Positions 25,254 through 34,731 of a DNA stretch of 64,000 bases are shown piece by piece. Under the pieces are notes generated by a model that worked only from the letters and a program-made list of their open reading frames with translations, ran no database searches and was not told the DNA's origin. Origin of the DNA: Candidatus Altimarinota bacterium (GTDB taxonomy: Bacteria > Patescibacteriota > Gracilibacteria > Peribacterales > Peribacteraceae); contig CAVOCY010000001.1 of the NCBI GenBank assembly GCA_963694385.1, positions 2,186 through 66,185 on the forward strand, given 5' to 3'. Position numbers and translations under genes: made by a program. The stretch's first letter is position 1. Every line of letters begins with the position of its first letter.

Positions 25254-27620
25254 CTATTTTTTCTTTGCTCCCCATGCCCCCTTCTTTCTTGGTGGTGCAT
25301 TGCGCTTCTTTTCGAGGAGTTCACAGGCTGTAATCAAATCGAGATCCTCTGGGTTAAAACGCTTCGGAACAGAAACGTTTGTCGTTCCATCAGTAATATA
25401 TGGCCCATAGCGACCAGTTTTTACTTCTACATCCCCTTTGGTATTCGGGTCTTTCCCAAGTACTTTAATCGGCTCTGCTTCTTTTTTCTTGCGGTCTTTT
25501 GCCGTCGCTATAAGTTCTTCTGCCTGTGGTAGATCAACTGTTAACGGGTCAACATCTTCTGGAAGGGATACAGTTACTTTTCCCCACTTGATGTACGGCC
25601 CATAGCGACCACGGTTCACCGTCATATCTTCTCCGTCTTTTTGCGTTAATGTACGTGGGAAGCTAAGGAGTGCGAGTGCATCTTCGAGTGTCACTGTTTC
25701 TTTAGTCATACCTGTAGAAAGGCTAGAACTTTTTGGCTTGCCCTTAATCTTTCCATCTTTTACATCTGCAGGAGTTCCTACCTGAATGTACGGGCCGAAA
25801 CGCCCAGTAAGTACGACAATATTAAGACCTGTTTCTTTGTCGACCCCCAGTACTTTTTCTTTAAGGACGTCTTCTTTTTTTACTTCTTTTCCTTTGCTAT
25901 CAACAAGCTTCTTAAATGGGATATAGAATCCTTTAAGGAACGCCGTACGATCTTCTTTTCCTTCGGCAATATCATCCAGCTTGTCTTCCATGTTTGCCGT
26001 GAACTGCAGGCTAACAATGTCAGTAAAATGTTCGGTAAGAAGATCTGTCACCGTGAAGGCAACATCCTCTGGTGCAAGTTGCTTACCATCTTTTCGAATG
26101 TATCCACGTGCTTGCACGGTAGAAATTGTTGGAGCGTATGTACTCGGTCGACCGATACCTTCGTCCTCAAGCTTCTTCACCAGACTCGCCTCTGTGTAAC
26201 GCGGAGGTGGCTTGGTAAAGTGCTGCTCTGGGGTAATCTCTTCCTGCTTTAGGGTTTCTCCTTGTGTAAGTTCTGGAAGGAATTTGTCTCCCGTTTGCTC
26301 ATTTCCTTCTTCGTCATCTTTACGGTGCTGATCTTGTGATGCATCCGTGCTTTCTGTGTAGACACGGTAGTATCCATCAAAGATGACCGTCTGTCCTGTC
26401 GCGCGAAAGATGTACTGAGCAACAGTAATGTCTGCTCCTATTCTTTTGAGTTCTGCCGAAGTCATCTGCGTTGCCATCGTTCTGTTCCAGATGAGTGTGT
26501 AAAGTTTTAGCTGTTGATGATCGAGCACCTCTTTAAGAGAAGCTGGAGTCCGAGACATTTCTGTTGGGCGAATAGCTTCGTGTGCTTCTTGTGCTCCTTT
26601 ACTTTTGGTTTTGTACTTACGAGGAGTAGACAACACATACTCTCGACCATACTGACTTTCGATCGTAGCCTTCGCATCTGTTAGAGCCTTTGCACTTAAG
26701 CTCACACTATCTGTACGCATGTAGGTGATAAGACCTGTGGTCTCTTCTCCTTTACCAAGGCTCATTCCCTCATAAAGTTGCTGGGCTACCACCATTGTCT
26801 GCTTTACAGAGAAACCTAACTTTCGACCTGCTTCTTGCTGCAATGTTGATGTTGTAAATGGCGCTGGAGGATTTTTCTTGAGATCTTTTTCTTCGATCTC
26901 TGCAACGGCCCAATCTTTACCATCGATATCTTTTAATACTTGGTCAGACTCTTCTTGTGATGTTGGCACAAACTTTTTTCCATCCTTCTGACGCAACCCT
27001 GCAGTAAATATTTCTGCATTTTCTTTTGCAAGCTCTGCATCAATCGTCCAATACTCCTCTGCATTAAAGGCTTGAATTTCTCGCTCTCTATCAACAATGA
27101 TACGTACAGCAACCGACTGCACACGTCCTGCAGAGAGTCCGCGGTACACCGTTTTCCAAAGGAATGGGGAAAGCGTGTATCCCACAAGTCGGTCGAGAAT
27201 ACGCCTCGCTTGTTGTGCTTCTACTAACTTATTATCAATCTCTCTTGGACTTGCAACCGCCTCATTAATGGCAGATTTGGTAATCTCATGGAATACAATG
27301 CGTTTTACAGGCTGATCTTTTTTCGGCTTAAGTGCCTGCACAAGATGCCAACCTATAGCTTCTCCTTCCCGGTCTTCATCAGTTGCGATCCAGAGGCATT
27401 CTGCCTCTTTCATCGCCTTACGTAAGGCGGTCACCGTACTCTTTTTTTCATCAGGAATTTCGTACTCTGGCTCGAAGTCACCATCAGTATCTACTGCAAG
27501 ACCTGAGCTTGGGAGATCACGAATGTGTCCCATACTCGCAAGCACGTTGTAGTCTTTCCCCAAAAATTTCTTAATGGTTTTTGCCTTCGTCGGGCTCTCT
27601 ACGATTACAAGTTGTGACAT
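25254..27620 (-). CDS. topA: DNA topoisomerase I
   Basis: 788 aa with a TOPRIM N-terminus (VIVESPTKAKTI), the active-site region ITYMRTDS, C-terminal GR(Y/F)GPYI repeats and a Lys-rich tail. Confidence 0.95.
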   Translation of the reverse strand: MSQLVIVESPTKAKTIKKFLGKDYNVLASMGHIRDLPSSGLAVDTDGDFEPEYEIPDEKKSTVTALRKAMKEAECLWIATDEDREGEAIGWHLVQALKPKKDQPVKRIVFHEITKSAINEAVASPREIDNKLVEAQQARRILDRLVGYTLSPFLWKTVYRGLSAGRVQSVAVRIIVDREREIQAFNAEEYWTIDAELAKENAEIFTAGLRQKDGKKFVPTSQEESDQVLKDIDGKDWAVAEIEEKDLKKNPPAPFTTSTLQQEAGRKLGFSVKQTMVVAQQLYEGMSLGKGEETTGLITYMRTDSVSLSAKALTDAKATIESQYGREYVLSTPRKYKTKSKGAQEAHEAIRPTEMSRTPASLKEVLDHQQLKLYTLIWNRTMATQMTSAELKRIGADITVAQYIFRATGQTVIFDGYYRVYTESTDASQDQHRKDDEEGNEQTGDKFLPELTQGETLKQEEITPEQHFTKPPPRYTEASLVKKLEDEGIGRPSTYAPTISTVQARGYIRKDGKQLAPEDVAFTVTDLLTEHFTDIVSLQFTANMEDKLDDIAEGKEDRTAFLKGFYIPFKKLVDSKGKEVKKEDVLKEKVLGVDKETGLNIVVLTGRFGPYIQVGTPADVKDGKIKGKPKSSSLSTGMTKETVTLEDALALLSFPRTLTQKDGEDMTVNRGRYGPYIKWGKVTVSLPEDVDPLTVDLPQAEELIATAKDRKKKEAEPIKVLGKDPNTKGDVEVKTGRYGPYITDGTTNVSVPKRFNPEDLDLITACELLEKKRNAPPRKKGAWGAKKK

Positions 27621-27670
27621 GTCTGGGAGGGTAGAGAGAAGAGGGTGGGGTTGTCAAAGGAAGACTTGAG

Positions 27671-27727
27671 GAAGTGATGCGTGAAGAGAAATGTGTAATA
27701 CGTACCTTACTCATTACTTCTCACTTA
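27671..27727. repeat. Inverted heptamer arrays: (NNNGTRA)x5 then (TYACNNN)x3
   Basis: GAAGTGA TGCGTGA AGAGAAA TGTGTAA TACGTAC / TTACTCA TTACTTC TCACTTA. Positions 27681-27699 match 58292-58310 at 17 of 19 nt. Confidence 0.75.
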
Positions 27728-27953
27728 CAACTAAAATACCGCTACAGCACTTGCTTTCCCGCCCAAAACATTGCATGGATGTCAAATCAACTTTCCACGC
27801 TGATCATCTTTGGTATTCAGGTAAACTCCGCTTGAGTTAGCCATTTAAATGACTTTTTAAGTGCTATTTTTCTCTGGACCACGTATTTTTGGCTTGCGTA
27901 AGCCCAATGCGAACGTAAACTTTTACTTGAGTTACATCTTTCCCCTTTATCCT

Positions 27954-28235
27954 ATGTCCAAACAGGATATCATTAACGCCATCGCAGACGCCGCTGGAAT
28001 CACTAAGCGATCTGCAGCTGCATCACTTGATGCACTCTGTACACTCGTAACAAAGGAGCTCAAGAAGGGCAACTCTGTTACAATTACTGGTTTCGGAACC
28101 TTCAAGGTTTCTAACCGAGCTGCTCGTACTGGGGTAAACCCACGTAACCCAACGCAGCGTATTTCTATTCCTGCTATGAGGGTTCCATCCTTCAAAGCTG
28201 GTAAGACTCTTAAGGATGCTGTTCGCAGTAGCTAA
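27954..28235 (+). CDS. hup: HU/IHF-family DNA-binding protein
   Basis: 93 aa from the internal ATG: MSKQDIINAIA...GFGTFKVSNRAARTGVNPRNP....IPA. Confidence 0.9.
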   Translation: MSKQDIINAIADAAGITKRSAAASLDALCTLVTKELKKGNSVTITGFGTFKVSNRAARTGVNPRNPTQRISIPAMRVPSFKAGKTLKDAVRSS

Positions 28236-28253
28236 GAGTTTCAATTTAAATGT

Positions 28254-28284
28254 AAAAAGCCTCCTTTTATAGGGGGCTTTTTTC
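28254..28284 (+). terminator. Rho-independent terminator after hup
   Basis: AAAAAGCCTCC-ttttata-GGGGGCTTTTTT. Confidence 0.8.
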
Positions 28285-28323
28285 TTCTCATAAGCAATAA
28301 ACCTCGCTATTCTTGGAGTCAAT

Positions 28324-28872
28324 ATGGACGCCAAGCTTATCGAAGAAACCGTCGGCAATCTCTTAAAGCAGCTAGGTCTGCCTTTTGACTCTATTACAGT
28401 AGAAGAGCGTGAGGATATGACCCATGCAGAGATTACCTCTTCTATAGCAAGTCGTATTATCGGCTGGCATGGCGAGACGCTTAACTCTATTCAGCATCTT
28501 GCAAAGTCTATTATCCGCCAAAAACAAGGATTGGACCGTAGTCCATTTTTAGTACTGGATGTCGATGGCTACCGTGCATCCCAAGAAGCGAAGGTAAAGA
28601 AAATAGCAGACCAGAAAGCAGACTTTGTACGGCGCACCGCAAGCCGTGTGGCCCTTGCCCCTATGAGTCCATACTTCCGTCGTATTGTGCACTTGCACGT
28701 TGCGAATACTCCAGAGCTATCTGATCTTACAACAGAGAGTATTGGAGACGGAGACTACCGTCAGGTAGTACTAAAACTAAAAGATGAGTCTACAAAAATA
28801 CAAGACGGTGAGGAGCTTGCTCCTGTGATTGTCGAAAGTAAGGACGACGGATTGGATAACTTAGATATTTAG
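28324..28872 (+). CDS. Jag/KhpB-like R3H RNA-binding protein
   Basis: 182 aa with a KH-like segment and an R3H region (APMSPYFRRIVHLHV). Confidence 0.7.
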   Translation: MDAKLIEETVGNLLKQLGLPFDSITVEEREDMTHAEITSSIASRIIGWHGETLNSIQHLAKSIIRQKQGLDRSPFLVLDVDGYRASQEAKVKKIADQKADFVRRTASRVALAPMSPYFRRIVHLHVANTPELSDLTTESIGDGDYRQVVLKLKDESTKIQDGEELAPVIVESKDDGLDNLDI

Positions 28873-28920
28873 GGGTGAGGTTGGCCTAGAGAGTGACTTG
28901 GGATGCAGTTATTAAAACTA

Positions 28921-30003
28921 CTATTTGGCTTCCCGAAGCTCTTCGTAAAGCTTTTTCTCTTGGCGGGAAAGCTTTTTTGGGATATCAATACGTACCGTTA
29001 CATAATGATCTCCGAGTCTCGAAGAATTAAGTTGTGGCACACCCTTAGATTTTAAGCGCATCACTTGCCCCGGCTGTGAGCCCGCTGGAATTTTGAGTGT
29101 GATATCTCCGTGTACTGTCGGGATAGAAATTTCTGTACCCAATGTTGCATCTACAACAGAGATAGAAACTTCAGATCGGATATCTGTACCATCGCGCACA
29201 AAGCGGTTATCTGTAACTACTTGAATTATGACAAAAAGATCTCCTGCAGCACCACCTTTTTTACCGGCATTGCCTTGCCCAGAAATACGAAGCGTCTGAC
29301 CGTCATCTATTCCCGCAGGAATATCGAGGGTTAGTTGTGTCTTCTCGCGTTTGATACCTTCACCACTACAATTCTTGCATCGGTGTTCTGGTATTTTCCC
29401 GGCCCCCTCACACTTTGCACACAGTACTGATTGCTGCACGACACCAAAAAATGACTGCGCAGTCCGTGTAATCTGCCCTGTGCCACTGCACTCTGAACAA
29501 CTCGTTACTGATCCACCTTCGGCACCCGAGCCTTTGCAAGGCTTACACGATACATACTTTTCTATGGCGATTGTTTTCTTTGCACCACTCACTACTTCCG
29601 AAAACTCTATGCTGATACGCACCTGAAGATCGGATCCGCGATTGTCAGGCTTACCACCTCTTCTTCCACCTCCACCTCCTCCTCCGCCAAAAAAACTGGA
29701 GAAGATATCACCGAGGTCTCCCATATCACCTTGTTGAAATCCAGAAAAATCAAACCCGCCAGAGCCTTGCCCTCCACCTCCTGGTCCTCCGGCTGAGCCA
29801 AATGTGTCGTACTGCTGCCGGCGTTTTGGATTACCGATGATCTCATACGCCTCATTGATCTCCTTAAATTTCTGCTCTGCCTTCTTATCCCCTTTGTGCT
29901 TATCTGGGTGCCATTCTTTGGAAAGACTACGATATTTCTTTTTAATATCCGCTTCTGAGGCAGATTTGTCTATTCCGAGGATGGAGTAATAGTCTTTGGA
30001 CAT
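28921..30003 (-). CDS. dnaJ: Chaperone DnaJ
   Basis: 360 aa with a J domain (HPD), a G/F-rich linker and four CxxCxGxG zinc motifs. No dnaK or grpE lies adjacent. Confidence 0.95.
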   Translation of the reverse strand: MSKDYYSILGIDKSASEADIKKKYRSLSKEWHPDKHKGDKKAEQKFKEINEAYEIIGNPKRRQQYDTFGSAGGPGGGGQGSGGFDFSGFQQGDMGDLGDIFSSFFGGGGGGGGRRGGKPDNRGSDLQVRISIEFSEVVSGAKKTIAIEKYVSCKPCKGSGAEGGSVTSCSECSGTGQITRTAQSFFGVVQQSVLCAKCEGAGKIPEHRCKNCSGEGIKREKTQLTLDIPAGIDDGQTLRISGQGNAGKKGGAAGDLFVIIQVVTDNRFVRDGTDIRSEVSISVVDATLGTEISIPTVHGDITLKIPAGSQPGQVMRLKSKGVPQLNSSRLGDHYVTVRIDIPKKLSRQEKKLYEELREAK

Positions 30004-30027
30004 GGGTCAAGGGAGAGGATAGTGGAA

Positions 30028-30098
30028 AATGTAATGCGTGACCCGTAATTTGTGATTCGATATTTACGAATCACGAGTTATCAATCGCTAGTCACTTA
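30028..30098. repeat. Inverted heptamer arrays: (NNNGTRA)x5 / (TYACNNN)x5, symmetric about 30063
   Basis: AATGTAA TGCGTGA CCCGTAA TTTGTGA TTCGATA | TTACGAA TCACGAG TTATCAA TCGCTAG TCACTTA. It lies in the divergent spacer upstream of dnaJ. Confidence 0.8.
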
Positions 30099-30165
30099 TT
30101 GTAAAATATTGTATAAATATACATAAACATGAGCTAAAATCCCAGAAATCTGCTATAATATCTTG

Positions 30166-31197
30166 ATGGTTTCAATAAACACACACATTACAAGAAATGC
30201 TTTGCGATGGGCTACCATTGTACTCGGTGTCTTTTCGTTGGCACTAGTAGTGTATGGATTTTCTCGAGGAGGTTTTGCTTCTATAGAGGGGCGTCTTCTT
30301 CCGAAGAGTCAAACACGTAAAATAGAATGGGTGACGATCACTGCTAAGCAGGTACTGTCGGGAGCTACTATCCCTGCAGACCGCAATGTGATTGTTCACA
30401 TACCAGAAGAGATTACACGCATTACCCGTAAGGTACTGTTTGGCCGAAGGGGAGATAATGGACTCAATGGTATGAAAGGTACTCGCTATTGGGGATACTG
30501 CTTTCCACAAAACATTCACGACTCGAGTAATAATGTTCGAAGAGGGTTCCCTGGAGACTTGTTTCTCTCGGAAGCAGAGAGAGAATATCGCCGCCGAGAG
30601 CTTATTGCACAACGTCGTCGTACATTCTCAATATTTGAAAACCTAACAGCAACCGACCTCAATGAAACACAAAATCGATTACAGTCTCGTATCCGACACC
30701 AAGTAGAAATCTTTACTGGTGGAAACACCTGCTATGTTATGACAGAAAAGTCTATCCCTGTCGGAGCAGATACGGATGGTGATGGTCTTAATAACTCACT
30801 CGAGCGTGCGTATGGATCTGATAATAAAAATCCTGATACTGATGGTGATGGAATCCTAGATGGACTCGAAGTATTCCGCTTAGGAAGTCACCCTACCAAG
30901 CGTGATTCTGATGGTGACGGTATTATCGATGGTATCGAAGATGCAAACCGTAATGGTCGCTTTGAGCCTGGAGAAACCAACCCTACAGAATGGGATACCG
31001 ATCGTGATGGTCTCTGTGATGGTATTTGTAAGGTAAACAAAGGACAGGACTTGCGAGGAGAGGACAAAAACCTCAATGGTATCTACGAACCTGACAAAGG
31101 AGAATATAACCCTCGAAATGTCGATAGTGACGGAGATGGCATATTTGATGAGCATGAGGTATATCTCTGTGTTCTTGGTGGAGGTGATGATTGTTAA
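30166..31197 (+). CDS. Membrane-anchored protein with thrombospondin type-3 (Ca-binding) repeats
   Basis: N-terminal TM helix. There are five D(T/S)D(G/R)DG(I/L)xDxxE-type repeats ([59 protein letters not shown]). TATAAT lies at 30154-30159, 6 nt before the ATG. Confidence 0.8.
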   Translation: MVSINTHITRNALRWATIVLGVFSLALVVYGFSRGGFASIEGRLLPKSQTRKIEWVTITAKQVLSGATIPADRNVIVHIPEEITRITRKVLFGRRGDNGLNGMKGTRYWGYCFPQNIHDSSNNVRRGFPGDLFLSEAEREYRRRELIAQRRRTFSIFENLTATDLNETQNRLQSRIRHQVEIFTGGNTCYVMTEKSIPVGADTDGDGLNNSLERAYGSDNKNPDTDGDGILDGLEVFRLGSHPTKRDSDGDGIIDGIEDANRNGRFEPGETNPTEWDTDRDGLCDGICKVNKGQDLRGEDKNLNGIYEPDKGEYNPRNVDSDGDGIFDEHEVYLCVLGGGDDC

Positions 31198-31225
31198 ATT
31201 TCCTATTTTACTGTATAATAATCAG

Positions 31226-31774
31226 ATGATTAAGAAACTTACACTTACGGCAGCACTAGCGCTCTTGGTAGCTCCTATGTCAGCACTCGCATACTTAAAC
31301 CCTGATGAGGTGCTTCTTAGTCGAGAACTCTTTTTGCCGCCTTCAGCGCGTGAAGGACAAATGCGAACAACATTGCAATCTGGAGAGTCTGCAGCACGTC
31401 GTGAACGAGAACAAGAGCGTGCATTTGAATTACAGAACCCAATTGTTGAAGAGCCAGTATTTGCATCCACTCCGCAAGAGCCACAGCAGTATGGTCTTCC
31501 AGCAGGCGGTTACTACGTCGTTCCTACTGGTGGAGCACCTGCTGCAGGTCTTGGTGACAGTGCGAACCTAGAACTTCTACGCACAATGCGTCTTCTCTCT
31601 CGCATCAACCAGAACCAAGCAACTGCGCAGCTACAGAACGTATTGCACTCCTTTGCAGATGACCTTGCTCCTACTGGAGCTGGAAGTATCGTTGCAGCCC
31701 TTGTTATGGTGGGATGTGTATTCTTTGTTCTACGAAGAGCAAAGAAATCCGAAACTCAAGTGCAGACGTTCTAA
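31226..31774 (+). CDS. Secreted protein with C-terminal TM anchor, unknown function
   Basis: The internal ATG gives the signal peptide MIKKLTLTAALALLVAPMSALA. TATAAT lies at 31214-31219. Confidence 0.6.
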   Translation: MIKKLTLTAALALLVAPMSALAYLNPDEVLLSRELFLPPSAREGQMRTTLQSGESAARREREQERAFELQNPIVEEPVFASTPQEPQQYGLPAGGYYVVPTGGAPAAGLGDSANLELLRTMRLLSRINQNQATAQLQNVLHSFADDLAPTGAGSIVAALVMVGCVFFVLRRAKKSETQVQTF

Positions 31775-31837
31775 GAAGAATTAGAACAATGTTTAGCCCT
31801 GTATTAAGCCATTTTTTTGGTATTTGATCAGAACAGA

Positions 31838-31870
31838 CACCTGTGTCATATACGCAGGTGCATTTTTTTT
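31838..31870 (+). terminator. Rho-independent terminator
   Basis: CACCTG-11 nt-CAGGTG followed by a T8 tract. Confidence 0.7.
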
Positions 31871-31886
31871 GGTACTGTAGTTGCCT

Positions 31887-33524
31887 ATGAACGGACTTTC
31901 ACTCACCGACAAGCATTGGAGCCTACCGGAGCATACCAAGGCGCTCAATGCCTCCCACGTACTTCTGCGACTCTTAAAAGAACGTGATATAGAAGAGAAT
32001 GCAAAACTTATCCCCCCATCGATCTATCCTGATATGCAAAAAGCCAAAGAGCGTATTCGATCTGCAATAGATTCTGGTGAGAAGATTGGCATCTTTGGTG
32101 ACTACGATTGCGATGGTGTGACTGCTACTGCTCAACTGGTGCGATACTTTCGTCGATACAACACTGAGCCTTTCGTACGACTTCCTCATCGTGTGCGTGA
32201 TGGGTACGGACTAAAGCCAGAAACCGCGAAAGAAATTATGGCAGCAGGAGTAAAACTACTGATAACGTGTGACACCGGTATAGCCTCTGTGAAAGAAGTG
32301 GAGATGTTACAAAATGCTGGTATTGATGTGATTGTTACCGATCACCACAGTGTGCACGAAGAGTTGCCGAAAGCGTTTGCGCTGATTCACCCTGCGCTCT
32401 GCTCGCACCCTCTTCCACACCCCGCAGGTGCCGGTGTCGTGTTTGCTCTTATCTTTGCACTTGAGGATGGTAAATGGAACGGGATGAATGAAGACATAGC
32501 ACTAGCAATGTGCGGAACAGTGGGAGACTTAGTACCACTGCGAGGGCACAACCGTACGCTCGTACAATTGGGACTAAAGGCATTTACCCAAATAGAAGGA
32601 GGGCCATTGGGGCAACTGCGAGAACGATGTAAGCCTAAAGATGCACCCATGACTTCGATTGATATTGCCTTCCGCGTTGCGCCACGCATTAACGCTGCTG
32701 GTCGCATGACCGAAGCAGGCATTGCACTGCAAGCTCTACTAGATGGTGGAGATGCTTTGGAGCAACTGGATCTTCTCAATAAACAGCGGCAAGACATCAC
32801 ACGTACTCTGCTAAAAGAAGTTGTGGAAGAATGTGAACAAGATGCAGTACCACCATTAATCGCAAAAATTAGTGGAGACTATCCCCATGGCATTGTCGGA
32901 CTTATTGCCGGACGACTCACAGAACACTTTGGTAAGCCCAGCCTCGTCGCACATACCGATGGTAGAACATGTACCGCATCTCTGCGTAGCCCTCCATGCT
33001 ACAACATTGCAGAAGGCCTTGGTCGTGTAAGTGACCTACTCTTAAGTTACGGTGGACATGCACAAGCTGCAGGTTGCACATTTACGGTGGAGCATTTTGA
33101 AATGTTACGCGATCGATTGATCGAAGATGTACGTGCACATGTCGATGAACAATTACTCGAACCGACTCTGCAGATTGACGCAGTACTTGATGCAACAGAT
33201 ATCACAACAGCCTTCTGTGAAAAATTACAATTACTCGAACCATTTGGACAAGGAAATGCCGAGCCACTATTTTTGTTACGCAATGTCTCACTACAAGATG
33301 CTCGGGCGTGCGGAAAAGATCAGACACACTTGCAAGCGCGCATCAGTGGTATCAAAGCTATTGGTTTTGGCATGGCACACCTTGCAAGCGGTAATGAAAA
33401 GTTTGATGTCGTTGCTCGGATTGGTATTGATGCGTGGAACGGAAAGAAAGAACCGCAGATATTTATCTGTGACCTAGGGGTAGCTGTACAGGCACAAAAA
33501 AAGGCGCACTCTCATGCACCTTAA
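31887..33524 (+). CDS. recJ: Single-stranded-DNA-specific exonuclease RecJ
   Basis: DHH motifs are present: GIFGDYDCDGVTA, ITCDTG, VIVTDHH and GGHAQAAG. Confidence 0.9.
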   Translation: MNGLSLTDKHWSLPEHTKALNASHVLLRLLKERDIEENAKLIPPSIYPDMQKAKERIRSAIDSGEKIGIFGDYDCDGVTATAQLVRYFRRYNTEPFVRLPHRVRDGYGLKPETAKEIMAAGVKLLITCDTGIASVKEVEMLQNAGIDVIVTDHHSVHEELPKAFALIHPALCSHPLPHPAGAGVVFALIFALEDGKWNGMNEDIALAMCGTVGDLVPLRGHNRTLVQLGLKAFTQIEGGPLGQLRERCKPKDAPMTSIDIAFRVAPRINAAGRMTEAGIALQALLDGGDALEQLDLLNKQRQDITRTLLKEVVEECEQDAVPPLIAKISGDYPHGIVGLIAGRLTEHFGKPSLVAHTDGRTCTASLRSPPCYNIAEGLGRVSDLLLSYGGHAQAAGCTFTVEHFEMLRDRLIEDVRAHVDEQLLEPTLQIDAVLDATDITTAFCEKLQLLEPFGQGNAEPLFLLRNVSLQDARACGKDQTHLQARISGIKAIGFGMAHLASGNEKFDVVARIGIDAWNGKKEPQIFICDLGVAVQAQKKAHSHAP

Positions 33525-33543
33525 GCTAAATTTTCTTGTTGGC

Positions 33544-33768
33544 CTAAACTGGGACTAGCGTCCCCTCCATTACAAAGACGTCAACAATAGGGTTTTCTAG
33601 TGCTGCAGAAATCTTGAAAGCAAGAAGTACAGAAGGGTTTGTGTCTCCACGTTCTATACTCATAATTGTTTGACGACTAACACCCGTTCTTAATGCGAGC
33701 TCCTCTTGTGTCATAGATTTTTCGAAGCGGAGACGGCGGATACTATTTTTGAGAACGGCTGTTGGCAT
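33544..33768 (-). CDS. XRE-family HTH transcriptional regulator (74 aa)
   Basis: MTQEELALRTGVSRQTIMSIERGDTNPSVLLAFKISAAL. Confidence 0.85.
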   Translation of the reverse strand: MPTAVLKNSIRRLRFEKSMTQEELALRTGVSRQTIMSIERGDTNPSVLLAFKISAALENPIVDVFVMEGTLVPV

Positions 33769-33871
33769 GAGTGTGAGTGGAAAAAGAAAAGTAAAAAATT
33801 GTTTCCCTTAGTTCGTAGATTGTACTGACTCTTTTTTTGTTTTCAAGAGAAAAATGTCTGTGAATTATATT

Positions 33872-34714
33872 TTACGTTGCAAAAGTTTGGGAAAGAATAA
33901 TAGTAATAATCGAAAGAATAAAAAGATACGGCACAAACCATGCCAAACTTCTACTAATAACAAATTTCCGTAAGAAAATAATAGAAGCAAAGCTAGAAAT
34001 AAATGATGTAGCAACTGCCACGGAAGTGATCTGTAGAGAGGGTAGTATCAGGTCTCCTGTAAAGAGATCAAGTACGGCAAGCGTGCTAGCTCCTGCGATA
34101 ATCGGCACTGCCATGAGAAATGAAAAGTCGAGTGCATCTTTACGATCCAACCCCATCATACGACCTGCAGAGATGGTAAGCCCGCTACGCGAGAGTCCTG
34201 GGATAAGTGCGAGTGCCTGTGTACAACCAATAAAAAATACAGACCGCGTGGTAAGTTTGCTTGGTTCGGATTCTGATGGGTGCAAAAGTTTATGCCATAC
34301 GCTTTGCGTCTTGTGTGGACTGTACTCACCGAGCAATAAAATCATTGCCGTAACTGCAAACGCAAGACCGATACTTAGTAAAGATTGGACGTTGATTGCT
34401 ATCCAGTCTTCTAAAAAAAATCCAGCAAGTGCACCAGGGATCGTTGCGATAACGAGTAGTACCAGCTTGATGGAATGCTGTTCGTCATTTATAAACGGTG
34501 CGCGAGCAAAGGCTATCCATGTTTGTGCATACACCAAAAGTAGTGCAAGCAGTGTTCCAGTATGTAAGAGTGTATTAAGTCCCTGCATGTCTTTGGGTGC
34601 GACGTGAATATTAAAGAGCAGCTCTGCAAGAACAAGATGTCCTGAGCTACTGATAGGGAGGAACTCAGTGATTCCTTGTAGTAAACCTAAGAAGAGAGCG
34701 TGCATTATTGTCAT
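33872..34714 (-). CDS. uppP: Undecaprenyl-diphosphate phosphatase
   Basis: GITEFLPISSSGH and PGLSRSGLTISAG motifs are present. Confidence 0.9.
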   Translation of the reverse strand: MTIMHALFLGLLQGITEFLPISSSGHLVLAELLFNIHVAPKDMQGLNTLLHTGTLLALLLVYAQTWIAFARAPFINDEQHSIKLVLLVIATIPGALAGFFLEDWIAINVQSLLSIGLAFAVTAMILLLGEYSPHKTQSVWHKLLHPSESEPSKLTTRSVFFIGCTQALALIPGLSRSGLTISAGRMMGLDRKDALDFSFLMAVPIIAGASTLAVLDLFTGDLILPSLQITSVAVATSFISSFASIIFLRKFVISRSLAWFVPYLFILSIITIILSQTFAT

Positions 34715-34731
34715 TGTTAAACAGTGTAAAC

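Noticed and set aside
30004-30162. CIRCE/HrcA operator upstream of dnaJ
   Set aside because: No match to TTAGCACTC-N9-GAGTGCTAA was found. The palindromic signal there is the GTRA/TYAC heptamer array.
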